From: Elsinoe ampelina
Taxonomy: Eukaryota
Assembly: GCA_010093995.1 (NCBI GenBank)
Contig: ML992508.1
Span: forward strand, 406,506 to 470,505
Length of the DNA stretch: 64,000 bases
Direction: 5' to 3'
Position 1 is the first letter of the stretch. The number at the start of each line of letters is the position of its first letter. The translations under genes and the position numbers were made by a program. Below are positions 39,384-51,840 of this stretch, piece by piece. The notes beneath the pieces are model-generated. The model was not told the origin of the DNA and ran no database searches. It saw only the letters and a program-made list of their open reading frames with translations.

Positions 39384-40208
39384 GCAATACCTTGCAAGCC
39401 TCCCTTGGTCGACAGGCCTTCCTGTAGGTGCCCAACAGATCTATGCACAAGCTTTTCGGCCGCATGAGATAATGTGTAGGCGGAAATAAGATCCGTCAAG
39501 CCTAGATACCCATACCACCATAGAAGTGCTTCGTTTGGAATTGCCAAACCAATTGCAGTGCGTTCATTATGATAAATTGAGGGGTGAATGAGTTGAGGCC
39601 GTAGTGAAGGAAGCGAGCGAAAGAGTGGATGGAGAACCAGAACACCCGCATTATTCCGGATCTTCACTTAACCCCAATTTCATCATCACACATCTCTACT
39701 CTTGCAGCCACTTCATGTTGTTACAGGTGTCATAGGGACATGCTGTGTTGGCCTTACTTAGGCCTTGCATGACTAACATCTCGACACGATATGTAAAAGC
39801 ATTTGGCTGGCGAGCCGTGTTACGTGCGCTTGGGTCAGCGATGAACGGGCCATGCTCTAGTACGGAGGATCGAGGTCAAACTTCATCTGGTGGCGTGACG
39901 TGGGGATTGTGCCGACTGCCAACACCATCGGCCGTAGTTACCATGCGTGTATTCTCGGTCCATTTCCATTCCGCTTTACCGTGACACGGTGGGAGGGATA
40001 TACCATCATGGAGATGCACATGATGATCTACTATAAGAAGACCCAGGTAGGTCGTTGTCGAGGTTTGGACTCTTTCACACAACATCACTCCACTTCACCA
40101 AGTATAGAGACCTCTCACACGAAACAATCCAACTCCAATCCCAGTATCACACAGCAGCAGTCCAGTCCAGACGAATCGCCTGTATCAAACAGCGAATCTT
40201 CCGCAAAC

Positions 40209-41184
40209 ATGGTCAACTTCGATCCTGCAAAGGACATTCCCGACCTTTCCAACAAAGTCATCATCGTCACCGGTGGTATGGCAAACCCCCTCAACAACGC
40301 CCGAGACCACATCCCTAACCTGCCATCCAGGTAACGCCGGCCTCGGTAAAGAGACCGTCCGCATCCTAGCATCTCACAATGCAAAAGCAATCTACATGGC
40401 CTCCCGCACCCAGAGCAAAGCCGAGACCGCCATTACCGAAATCAAAAAAGACTACCCAAACGCCAACATCCATTTCCTCCCCATCGACCTGACAGACTTC
40501 ACGTCCATCTCAGCCGCTGCCCAAATTTTCACTTCCCAATCAGACCGTCTCGACATCCTAGTCAACAACGCAGGAATCATGAACGGTCCCTACTCCGAGA
40601 CGAAACAAGGCTACGAGATCCAGTTCGGAACAAACCACATGGGCCACGCTCTCCTCACCAAACTCCTCCTCCCCACTCTCCTACGCACAGCCGAGGCCTC
40701 CACCTCAGACGTGAGAGTCGTCAACCTCTCCTCCTCAGCGATAGGTCTGACCGGCCTGATGAACGGCATCACAACCTCCACCCCCAGCCTCAAGGGGAAA
40801 TGGACCTTCATCCGCTACGGGAACAGTAAACTCGCCAACCTCCTCCACGCCCGCGGCCTGGCAGAGCGCCACCCCCAGCTCACAGCAACGAGTGTGCACC
40901 CCGGCTTCGTGGCCACAAACCTGTTCAGCAACACGCAGAAGCAGGGAGGGAACGGACTCGTTGATAGGCTGTTTAGGAGCGTGCAGGGTTGGTTCTCGAC
41001 GGCGGATGTTGGGGCGCGAAATCAGCTGTGGGCCATGTTTGGTGATCGACGGGAGGTGAGGAAGGGGTTCTATTTTGTGCCTGTGGGTAAGACGGATTTT
41101 ACGGGCAATTACTTTGGATCGAAGAAACAGGCGGATAGGCTTTGGGAGTTTACCGAGGGGGAGTTGGAGAAGAAGGGATACTGA
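40209..41184 (+). CDS. Short-chain dehydrogenase/reductase (retinol dehydrogenase-like); 2 exons
   Basis: VIIVTG/GNAGLG (intron 40276-40330), LDILVNNAG, FGTNHMGH, RVVNLSS, YGNSK, VHPGFV. Confidence 0.92.
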
Positions 41185-41542
41185 AGTGTAATGATAGTAG
41201 TAAGGGTAATGGCGGATCCTTCGTTGCCTATTCAGACCAGCCTCGGTTATTTGTTCATGGATATCCAATCTCAATTTCGAGAGTATGTTCTAGCATTTCT
41301 AGGAGATCCGACAGGATTGCCAGACGTATTGAAACCAGCATATTTGTCGCCATGTTCTGATAGTATTCCAGACCATGTTGCGGACCTGACAGTGCCTGGA
41401 CTTATCCCACAAGTCTGCCAGGCATGCTGCACGGCGATTCGTATCTGGATCATCCTGGTAGTGTCATTTCATACATGCGTCTATTCCCACCAAACGCCTC
41501 GCCAACTTTTAAGCCTTTCCAAATATGCCCGTCAATTATGCA

Positions 41543-42730
41543 CTAGTCGTCCCATTCTTCATCCAACTGATCGATGAGACGATTCTCATCCTCAGAATCG
41601 TTCCTCCCCCTTCTACCACTACCACCACTACCAGGGAACCCATTTGTGCTCAAACGGTTGTACCCCTCTCTGCCAGGAAAGAAACGTGCACAGGAACTCG
41701 TCGCGATTATGAATATGTCCTGCCAGGAGTCAGCATGTCTGGTCGTACCACGAGCAATCTGGGAGTCACGAACAGCAAAGAATCCTCCGATGCCCGCCCA
41801 TAAGCTGTAGTTTGGCAATTGTCGCCAGCCTCGTTGATGCATGACCGTCCGTTGATATACACAACCACCCACAAGGTACACAAGCACAGCGATCATCGCT
41901 ATAACACCAAACACTCCGCCGGGGCTGAGCGTTTGCTGGGCCGTTTCGACACCTCCGCACGCAGCCGGTGTACGTGCCTCGAAGAAGTATGTGCAGGAGT
42001 CGGGAGAGGCGACGAATGAGATGGCCATCGGCGGTGCGAGCGGATCTGATGCACACAGCAGGCTGATTATGGTGTTCTTCCGTCTGCCAGTCATCTCAGA
42101 TGGCTTCTTCTTTGCCGGCTCGTCATCATCGTCATCCTGGCTGGGTCGCTTGCCAGAGGGTTTCTTCTTGTCATCATCGTCATCGTCGTCACCAACAATC
42201 TCTCGCTCTTCCAAGTCATCCAGTCCTCGAGCAAGAGTCGACTTTGGAAGCGAGGGACACGGCGATCCATGTGTGTAGTTCAACACAAGCTTCCGGCCTC
42301 GAATTATCGGTTCATCACTCTGTTGTCTTGACCAGAATTAGCACTATTTGCTTGCATTTGCCCACGGAAAGTCTCACCCTATGCTGTATGTTTTGCCCCC
42401 TTTTTCGTAGAATGCGCTCACATTCTTCCACCTACTGTCGGGGACGCCGACGACATCTTCGAGCTTTTCAATGACAGGGCCGCAGATATTGAGAGTGAAA
42501 TTGGCACCATAGTCCCAGCCTCTCGCTGGCCATGATACATTTCGCTGATCGCTCGGTGGCTTCTTCCCTTCTGGTGGAAGCTCTATCCGGACTGCATTAA
42601 GGTCGAAGAATGCGCCTGTCGTCGGCGATTTGATGGCGCATGGTGTTCGTGGTGGAGCCTTCTTCTCATCTGATCCTGAAGCCGCCAGCACTGGTAGCGC
42701 AAATGCCAGCGAGTAGTAGAGTAATTGCAT
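41543..42730 (-). CDS. MRL1: Mannose-6-phosphate receptor-like vacuolar sorting receptor; 3 exons
   Basis: Signal peptide; PC.I.SPTTGAFFDL, GWDYGANFTLNICGPV, YSIG, LNYT.GSPC, CTYFFE.R...AC, TM helix, RGWRQLPNY, ENRLIDQLDEEWDD. Confidence 0.85.
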
Positions 42731-43165
42731 TGTGAAATGACAGCTGTCCGCAGGCTCCGGCGGGATCCTTTGTTCGTCGGAATTCGACCGCAGATACCTA
42801 TGCTCTACGCATGAACCGGGTTTAGATCGCAGGCGGGGTTGGAGATCTCGACGCTTCCAAATGTTAAGATAAAGCACAGGTAACGTGTATGAATTGAGAG
42901 ATGACCCTTTCGGAGCTCATTCAAACGGACTCGCAAGGGCTGCCTCGGATATTTACCCTGAATGTCCGTTGCAGAAAGGAGCGGTACGTCCCTGCCTTGG
43001 CGCGTTTTTAGGTCCGCGTCGGCGATCAAGAGAATCTGGCTTGAGCCTTGAGCTGGCTTGAGAATTCGGAGCTTGCTTGCTTGCGGCTCTGCGGGTCGAG
43101 AAGAGCGGGTCATTGATTTTTGTCGATTCAGCTGAGATCTCAGGGCAGTCCATGATGTCAAAGCT

Positions 43166-43175
43166 CTCGTACGAT
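43166..43175. promoter_or_regulatory. Candidate sterol-regulatory (SREBP-type) element CTCGTACGAT upstream of ERG24
   Basis: Palindromic core TCGTACGA about 110 bp upstream of the ERG24 ATG; resembles the ATCGTACGAT-type fungal SREBP site as recalled, not verified here. Confidence 0.3.
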
Positions 43176-43283
43176 CTCGCGCGACAAATCGCAGCTGAAC
43201 AGCAGCTCTACTTTCTCAGATGCACCTTCTTCGCATTCCCCTCTTAAACCTAGACACCATAGCATTGAGCACACCACGCAACC

Positions 43284-44858
43284 ATGGCAGCAAAGAAACA
43301 CGTCGAATATGAGTTCCTAGGCCCGTAAGTAGCTACTCGAACCCCAGGTCTTCGAGATCTAGCCGCTGACTCGCGCATACAGACCCGGAGCTGTATTGAT
43401 CTCTATCGGCCTACCACTTGTCTGCTACGTCCTCGCCTTCTTCACAAACGATGTCTCGGGATGTCCACCTCCTTCGCTCCTTCACCCTTCGACATTTACC
43501 CTCGACAAGCTGAAGCAGGATGTTGGCTGGCAAGGTTGGACATCGCTGATCAACACCGAGACTGTCCTTTGGACTCTCGCCTACTATGCTCTCAACGCGA
43601 TACTCTGGAAGGTGCTGCCTGCTGAGGAGGCTCAAGGCACAGTCTTGCGTACAGGTGGGAGGCTCAAATATCGCTTCAATGGTATAGTCCACTACGCATC
43701 TACACAGACACCAGACGCTGACTAGCTACAGGCTTCACCACAGACATCTTCGTCCTCTCCATTCTCGCTGCTGGCACCTTTCTCCAAGGTCCCGACTTTC
43801 CTGTTTGGACATTTATCAACAAGAACTACATCCCGCTTTTGACCACAAACGTTATCATCGCGTACGCCCTTGCGACATTTGTCTACGTAAGGTCCTTCTC
43901 GGTCACCCAGCCAAAAGATCCAAAGGACAGAGAATTAGCAGTTGGTGGTACGACTGGCAACATGATCTACGATTGGTACATTGGACGCGAGCTCAATCCG
44001 GTGGTGGACCTGCCATTCATTGGGACCATGGACATCAAGACATTCATGGAGGTCCGTCCCGGAATGTTGGGCTGGATCATTCTTGATCTTGCCTTTGTCA
44101 TGCGCCAGTGGAAGACATACGGCTACGTGACAGATTCGATCTGTAGGTCTGACGCCGATACGAGCACGGCCATGTTCTAATTCTACGCAGTGATCACAAC
44201 CATTACCCAGACGATTTACATGCTTGACGCTGTATACGTCGAATCTGCCATCATGACTCAAATGGATATCACGACCGACGGATTCGGGTTCATGCTTTCA
44301 TTCGGTGACCTAGCTTGGCTCCCTTTCACCTACAGCATTCAGGCCCGTTACCTGTCCATTCACCCTGTCAAGCTTGGCTGGACTGGCACTGCCGCCATCA
44401 TTGCGATCCAACTCATCGGCTACTACATCTTCCGATTCTCCAACCTCGAGAAGAACACGTTCCGCACTAATCCTGATGATCCCAAGGTGAAGCACCTCAC
44501 GTACATTGAGACCAAGACTGGCTCCCGACTCATCACATCCGGTTGGTGGGGTACAGCGCGACACATCAACTACCTCGGCGACTGGATCATGAGCTGGGCA
44601 TACTGCCTGCCCACCGGTCTGGCAGGATATGTCATCCACAAGAGCATCACGACCGGCGAACAGATTGTGTCTCAGGGACCAAATAACGAGATGAGAGGCT
44701 GGGGTACCCCGGTGACTTATTTCTACATGCTGTACTTTGCCGTCTTGTTGATCCACAGAGAGCTTCGCGACGAGGAGAAGTGCAGGAAGAAGTACGGCGC
44801 TGACTGGGACGAGTATTGCAAAAAAGTGCCATACAAGATCATTCCTTACATTTACTAA
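43284..44858 (+). CDS. ERG24: C-14 sterol reductase (ERG4/ERG24 family); 4 exons
   Basis: YEFLGP, LKYRFNG, GNMIYDWYIGRELNP, EVRPGMLGW, MDITTDGFGFML.FGDL, GWWGTARHINYLGDW, RDEEKCRKKYG.DW..YC..VPYKIIPYIY. Confidence 0.93.
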
Positions 44859-45275
44859 GGAGATGATCGGTCTAAACACAAGGGGAGGGAGTGTAGGAGG
44901 ATTTGAGTGATGGTCCACGTTCAAGCGGATCAACAGCGAGTCGATCTTCACGAAGATTTCAAGATAGTCTACGGTGGCTGTAATCATCATACCCTTCAGG
45001 TACTGTCAGATTTCTTCACGAAGAATCTATCAGAGCATCAATAACGCTTTCTTGTGCTCGGGACCTCTTTGAAGATAAGATCTTGCAAATTCAGGGGCAC
45101 GATTGCAGCTGCTATATATGTGGCGCGGGGGTGAGAAGCCATAGTTCATGAAGAAGAGATTTCCGACGCCGACATTGTGGCACTCACAGTATCATGTTGA
45201 GAGGCGCCATGTAATAAGTGACTGGGCCTACATTGGCACCGCTCCCTGAGCGAGCAACGAGTGACAGTCAATGCT

Positions 45276-46817
45276 ATGCCGTTCATACTGCCAGTCCTGG
45301 TAGTGCTATTCGCCTCGTACTGCGCTTATGCTGTACTGTCAGGACATAATTCCAGATCTAACAAGTCAATACCATTAGCTCACCCTCTGAGCTCCTGGAC
45401 AGATCTCTGGATACTGTACCGCAGATGGCTAGGCCGGGAGAACAGCACGATCTGGCATGCACACAAGCAGCTTGGACCTATCGTGCGGCTGGGACCTAGT
45501 GAGGTCAGTGTCAACAGTCTCGAAGGACTGGAAGCCATCTACACTGGTAATTTCGACAAGCATGACTTCTACTCCGGCTTCGAGCAATTCGGTGAAACAA
45601 ACATGTTCTCAGAACTCGGGCAAGCCCCTCATCTTGAGAAGCGAAAGATGTTGAACACCGTCTACTCAAAGTCCTATATCATGGGTTCACCTGAGATGCG
45701 AGCAATTCTCTACGAAGTCATCCATGGTAGAATGCTCACCAAACTTCGAGAGTACGCGAGGTCTGGCAATACCGTCGAGGTGTTCTCCTTCTTCTCATCG
45801 ACGGCCATGGACATGGTCAGCTCCTGGGTCTTCGGCCAGGGCTCTGGCACCGACTTCCTCAATGACTCCCCTGAACGCGAGCAATGGCAAGGCTCCGCAA
45901 AGAAACTCGAGCCCTACTTCTTCTACTGGCTCTACATGAACAAAGTCGTCGACTTCTTCGACAGGCTCCACCTCCCTTTCCTCCCCAACTGGACCATCGC
46001 TGAAGCCGAGAAACAACCAGCAATCTGCCTCTCCCTCTGCCGAAACAGCGCTCGCCGCCCTCTCCTCTCTCCACCCGCCACCGTCTTCTCCAAACTCGCC
46101 ACCTCCCTCACCCCCACCCCTTCCTCCCTCACCTTCACCTCCCCCCACTCCCTCTCTCCTCCCGAGAAACGCCTCGCAGCCGAAGTCCTCGACCACCTCC
46201 TCGCCGGCTCCGACACAACAGCCACCACCCTCCTCTACCTCTTCCACCACCTCTCGCTACGCCCCGCCCTCCAATCCCTCCTCCGCACCCACCTCTCCAC
46301 CCTCCCCCGCCCCTCCATCTCCACCGACCCCCCCGAACTCTCCCCCACCTTCCTCCGCGCCCTCGACTCCCTCCCCCTCCTCGACGCCCTCATCACCGAA
46401 TCCCTCCGCCTCAACCCCCCCGTCCCAGGCAGCCAACCCCGCCTCGTCCCTCCCCGCGGCGTGACACTCCACTCCCATCCCATCGCCCCGGGGACGAGAA
46501 TCAGTTGCTCGGCGTACGCCCTGCACCGCAACCCGCATGTCTTTTCGCAGCCGGAGGAGTGGGCGTACGAGCGCTGGCTTGACGCGAGCGAGGAGGAGCA
46601 AAGGGTTATGAGGAGGTGGTTCTGGGGGTGGGGCGGCGGGGTGCGGATGTGTGTGGGCAAGGCGTTTGCGGTGCTGGAGATGAAGGTTGTGGTGGCGGTT
46701 GTGTTTGGGGAGTCGGGCGGGATGGGGGGCATGGGGTGTGAGGTCGTGGATGATGGGGGGNNNNNNNNNNGGGGGAGGGGTATTTTGCTGGTCCGAAGGG
46801 GGGAGGGTTGGGGGTGA
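45276..46817 (+). CDS. Cytochrome P450 (3' end interrupted by an assembly gap)
   Basis: N-terminal anchor; GPIVRLGPSEVS; I-helix AGSDTT; ESLR; PEEW..ERW; heme motif WGGGVRMCVG; Ns at 46761-46770 make the stop uncertain. Confidence 0.85.
   Translation: MPFILPVLVVLFASYCAYAVLSGHNSRSNKSIPLAHPLSSWTDLWILYRRWLGRENSTIWHAHKQLGPIVRLGPSEVSVNSLEGLEAIYTGNFDKHDFYSGFEQFGETNMFSELGQAPHLEKRKMLNTVYSKSYIMGSPEMRAILYEVIHGRMLTKLREYARSGNTVEVFSFFSSTAMDMVSSWVFGQGSGTDFLNDSPEREQWQGSAKKLEPYFFYWLYMNKVVDFFDRLHLPFLPNWTIAEAEKQPAICLSLCRNSARRPLLSPPATVFSKLATSLTPTPSSLTFTSPHSLSPPEKRLAAEVLDHLLAGSDTTATTLLYLFHHLSLRPALQSLLRTHLSTLPRPSISTDPPELSPTFLRALDSLPLLDALITESLRLNPPVPGSQPRLVPPRGVTLHSHPIAPGTRISCSAYALHRNPHVFSQPEEWAYERWLDASEEEQRVMRRWFWGWGGGVRMCVGKAFAVLEMKVVVAVVFGESGGMGGMGCEVVDDGGXXXXGRGILLVRRGEGWG
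46761..46770. other. Assembly gap (10 N) inside a poly-G tract
   Basis: gggggg nnnnnnnnnn ggggg in the sequence. Confidence 0.99.
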
Positions 46818-46990
46818 GGTTTTGGGAGGCTGGGGGTGGAGGGGGAGAGGGGGGAGGGGGTTGATGGGGGATGGACGGAGGAGTGCTGGAGGGGATGGTG
46901 ATGCTTGGTTCATGATGTGATGTCCGTATAGGGAGGGATACGGATTCGATAGGATGGCTTCTGGTAGTGCCATAGGAAGGGGTTCTCTGC

Positions 46991-48265
46991 TTAGTCTGTA
47001 ATGAACACCCGGCTTTTCCCTCTGTCATGAGCCGTCGATCCTTCTGCGGTACTCGTAGGTCGCCGCAGTGTGTCCTCTACGTATACGCCCACCTGATCCT
47101 CCTCAACTGTAAGTCGTTGCGCCTTGTGCCCGCTCCAACCCGCCTCGCTGACAGAATCCAGTCTCGCATTGCGCATGATGTTCTCTTGGCTGGGAGAATT
47201 CTCAGGATCCAGCTCTGGGCTTCCATACTTCCGGAAGCCTTTCAGTTCGAAACCGGAACCCTGTCTTGCGGAGGCATTGCTTTGTGCTCGCGAGGCTGTG
47301 GTGCCGGTGTATCCCCATGTCTGCAACGAGGGGAAGATCTCCCGTAAGATGGACCACAAAGCAGGCAGGTTGGTGACGTAGACGGAAACGGCAGCTTCGC
47401 GCATGTACCAGAAAGCGTAGTTGTAGGAGAGGAGCCTGGAGGGATCGTCAGACAGGAGCAATGCACGAAGCGAGGAATCAAATGCTTACCACGGCAGATA
47501 GGCATACATCTTGTTTATGATAGCGGCTGCAATGACGAAGAGACCCATGCCAAAGACAATTACCAATGGTACCTTTTGCTGCCATGGTCGTTGGACATTA
47601 ATAACGATGGGTAGACCAACAAGAAGGACTGTAAGGTCGGCGGAAATATTGAAGACGGCTTCGACATAGCCAAAATGGTAATAGGACCAGCATTGAGCTG
47701 TGGTAGAGTTGTTAGAGCAAATAGACCACTTCACACTATTGTGCGAGTGTTACTCACGATTGCTAGCTGGAACGCTCCAGTATGCACTGAATGGTCTGCA
47801 GCTCAGAAACAGGGCCAGGAGGGTTGCGGTGAATCCGATGCCCACCCATATCGAGACTGCAAGGATGTATCGCTCCTGCTTCAACCCCAAAGTGAGTCTC
47901 CGGTAGACAAGAAGCATGATGAGTTTACAGCTCCAGATGGTGAAAAGCATGCCGAATTCGGATACAAGGACATATTTGCTGCCAATGATTCGTTCTCGTG
48001 TTGTCTGGGGTGTCAGTGCCGCTTGTTCCTCCGGTGTCATGAAGTTGCTGCCACCACCTTTGATGACTTTATTCATGGCTACTGTAAGGAGGGTAAACCA
48101 GCCAATCAATTGGAAAGCTATCCAGTCTTCGATCTGGAGGTTTCGAATGCCCTTGGCTCGTCTTGTACGCTCGATCAATCGAATGACAATGATCGCTATG
48201 CCGACACCGTAAAGTGCATACGTCTCGATTGTGAAACGATGGGCAAAGCCATCGGGAAGAGACAT
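46991..48265 (-). CDS. Pth11-like / fungal rhodopsin-domain integral membrane protein; 3 exons
   Basis: E.YALYG.G, RIIGSK, IWSCKL..L..Y.RLT, CRPF.AYW.VP, FNISADL, YMREAAVSVYVTNLP. Confidence 0.85.
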
Positions 48266-49858
48266 GATTTGAAGAGTATGCACACTCGTGCTTTAGGATG
48301 AGAGGCTGAATATCAGGTATATCAGCTACTCGAGCTCTCAAAAGCGCATGTTGGAGCACTCGACCACCAAATTCGAGGGAATCGTGGGCTCAGGAGACGA
48401 GATTGATGTCGATCTAATCCTGAGTGAATCAGCTTAATGGTTGGGCGATTCTAGTAGTGGAATGTGTTGGCTAGTAGCTCCTGATATCGAGTGTGCATGA
48501 CTAGTCGGTGTCGGGGGGGGGCAAACTTGCAAGGAAGCTGCAGAAGATGCCTTCACATGATGAGGGTTCGTCAAGGTGGCGATCGGGCAGGCCAGATGCG
48601 AGATGTAGACGTTGGATGAACCTGGCGGGGAAACGTCAGGACCTGGACGCGATCACGGCCACGACTGCGTCAAAGATCAAACGGTTTTTAGCATGGCGCG
48701 ACGAGTGCATAAACAAAGTGTAAAGAAAGGGAGCGCAACAACGATTGTGCGTCTGCACATCCGAGACGATGCCCCGGAAAGCCTACTGCAGTGCCGTAGT
48801 ATTGCTTGCATCCAGCTTGCATCCAGCTAGCAGTAGTGGACCAACCTACTGTCGTGCTGTTACCGGTATTCGTTTCTGCCGCTGGTAATGTGTCATGGGA
48901 GGCACCAGTCGGTGCATCCACACTCTGGGCCCAGCAGAAAGCAGCTTGAGAGCAGCAAGTGATGGAATTACAGGTTTTTCACAGATGTGGTGTCGAGAGC
49001 AGCGAACTCGGGCGGTCAGCGCGGGCCGAGTCGTCATCAAAGAGTGGATCCAGCAGAGTGGATGTTGAGGTCCCAAGGGTCCGGGATGGTCCGGGCACCG
49101 TCCCTCTTCCCGGCTTGGGTTCGTCCAATCTTTTCTGGCACCACAACAGGACCCTGTTTTGCCCGTTTGCAAATCTCTCATTATTTCACCCCCCTTGCCC
49201 AACTAAGCCTTCCATGGGTGAGCTCTTCCCAGCTACATGTGTGCGGAGAGTTGAGAGACTCGACCGGTGCAGCAGCTGTTTCGCGCCGCTAACCCTGACG
49301 CACAGCAGCTACTTTACGCCAATGACTTTCGATACCAAGAGATCTGACCAAACTCCTTTTCTTGCCATCAGCCACAGGGACAAGCTACTCCTGCCCCATG
49401 GCTCGACTAGTCGCCTGGGAGGGACGCCAAATGCACTCTAGACGCATCTCGCTCCTTCGACCCCGCTACCAATCATGACCGAAACTCGACACCCTCTTCA
49501 TATTAAATCCATGTGGCCTGGACCGCGCTATCGGGTCCAAGGACTCTTCAATGTGTCCCAAAGCTGTTTCTCTCCCGAGCGAAATGAGGAGACGCCGTTG
49601 CTGAGAGAGTCGTTTCGCCTCGTTTGACCCAGTTGCTCGGCATCTGCACTAGCAAGTACTACAACGCCTCTTCATCCCACTGCTCAAGTACCTACATTTG
49701 TACTTTATTGTTGTTGCTATTCCTTCCACGGTGCTTCTGCTCCTCTTCCACCCTCACCGTCCCCACGGTTTCACTTGCCTTGATCTGTTTGCCTTGTCAC
49801 TTGCTTTTGTGCTGCAGGCGAGCTTCTCCGCTCATCACACACTACAGCTCTGGCAAGC

Positions 49859-51601
49859 ATGGACGTCAAGGAAATGCACGAGGATGCGCGACCATCGTCT
49901 TCGGATGATGGTACCGTTAACGCATCTGGACACAAACAGGAACTCGAACGCAATTTCGGCTTGCTGTCCATTGTTGGTCTGGTCATCACATCTGGCAATA
50001 CATGGCTTGCTGTGGGCGGTACTTTGGTATGCATGTCACCCACGACGTCGAGAGCAACAAGCTAATCCTGAATGCAGACTGTTGCAATTTACAATGGTGG
50101 CGCTTTGGGGGTCATCACCGAATAGTAGGACTTCGCTACTCGCAGGTGGAAATTTGCTGATATACTATCAGCATCGCCGTGTCAGTCTTCTATTGGTGCA
50201 TCGCCGCATCACTGGCTGAGTTGGCATCCGCAATGCCTTCAGCTGGAGGAGGTATGTCGAAAGTACCGACTTTCATCCCTGCAAGACACTAACACGCACC
50301 AAGTCTATCATTGGGCAACCATCACAGCCGGTAAATACGGACGTCCTGTGGGATTCTTCGCAGGCTGGCTCAACTTCTTCGCCTGGTAGGTGCTGATCTG
50401 CACTCTGCAAGGCAACTACTGATATGACCGCAGGATTTTTGGACTCGCCTCGTCATTCCAGATCATTGGTCTCCAGATCACCTCTGCATACGCCCTATAC
50501 CACCCAGACTATGTCCCGGAAAGAAGCCACGTCATTGCCGTCTACATAATCTGTGTCTGGCTTCTCTGCGCCGGCGTCATCGTCGGAAATCGGATCCTTC
50601 CCCATGTCGAGACCCTTGGAGGTGTTCTCTGCATGGCTGGCTTTTTTGTAACCGTTTTGGTCTGCGCCATTCTTCCTGGCTCGACTGGCGGTGGCTACGC
50701 AACCGCAACCGATATCTGGAAGACATGGAGCAACGGCACTGGATGGAGTGATGGCCTTGCCTTTTGTCTCGGAATGCTCAACGGTGCCTACGCCGTAGGA
50801 ACGCCAGATGCTATCTCCAAGCTTTGCGAGGAGGTCCCGAGACCATCCATCAACATCCCGAAAGCCATGTTGATACAATACGTTGTCGGCTTCATCACTG
50901 GCTTGACCTTCCTTATTGGTATCTTCTACGGTATTACCGACTTGGACGCCGTCATTGCCCGCGGTCTCAATTTCCCTCTTGCAGCCATCTACGAGCAGGC
51001 TACCGGGACTACCGCAGGTGCAGTCGGACTTCTCATTGTCGCATTCCTCCCATCCTTCATTGGTCTGGTAGGCCTATATTTGATCGCAAGCCGTGCTTTC
51101 TGGACCTTGGCTCGTGATAACGCAACGCCATTCCCCAGCGTCTTTGGCAGAGTCAATGAACGCTTCAAGACTCCTGCCAACGCCATTATCTTGTGCGCTG
51201 CTATCTGCACCCTACTTGCCTTGATCTACCTCGGCAACTCGACTGCTTTCTCTGCCCTCATCGGCTCCTTCGTCATACTCACTACCATCTCCTACCTGCT
51301 GGCTATCATTCCACACGTCATCAACAAGCGTCAGTCCGTCGAACCGGGTGCGTTCTTCATGAAGGGCGCAACTGGCTACATTGTCAACATTGTCAGCATC
51401 GTTTTCATGATTGTGTTTGACGTCCTTTTCTGCATGCCTTTCGCAGTACCGTTCGATGCGGTCACTATGAATTATGCTAGCTTGCTCGCAGGAGGTCTGA
51501 CCATCTTCGTCGCCATCTTCTATTTGGTCAGGAGGAGTAGCTACGAAGGGCCGAAGTACGTGCCCGTCAGCTCGGATCATCTGGCCAAGGATGCCATCTA
51601 G
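49859..51601 (+). CDS. APC-superfamily amino acid/choline/GABA permease (Hnm1/Uga4-like); about 5 exons
   Basis: GHKQELERNFGLLS, SLAELASAMPSAGG, YHWA, GFFAGW, NGTGWSDG, EEVPRP, SRAFWTLARDNATPF. Confidence 0.9.
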
Positions 51602-51840
51602 AGCATCGCAATTGTGTTCTCCACAAGTCCATAGACATTTTTAGTAAATCAGTGACATGAATCTAAGCTCTCCAATGGTGTCAATATCTGAAAGTAGCAA
51701 ATGTCTTTCGCTATGTGTATGTAAAGTTGTGAGCGGGCCATGGAAGTGAGAGAGCCGCATGCCAAGCAATTTCGACCTCGAGCTCTCAAAAAGTTTCACT
51801 CGCCAACGCGATCATACAGCATCACCATTTCTTGCGCATC

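Noticed and set aside
38892..48265. SDR + P450 + GFA + Pth11-like genes as a secondary-metabolite cluster
   Set aside because: No PKS, NRPS or terpene synthase in the window; interleaved with housekeeping MRL1 and ERG24
48300..49850. 1.5-kb divergent intergenic region with short ORFs (e.g. 48959-49441)
   Set aside because: No recognisable coding or RNA motifs; consistent with promoter and 5' UTR sequence
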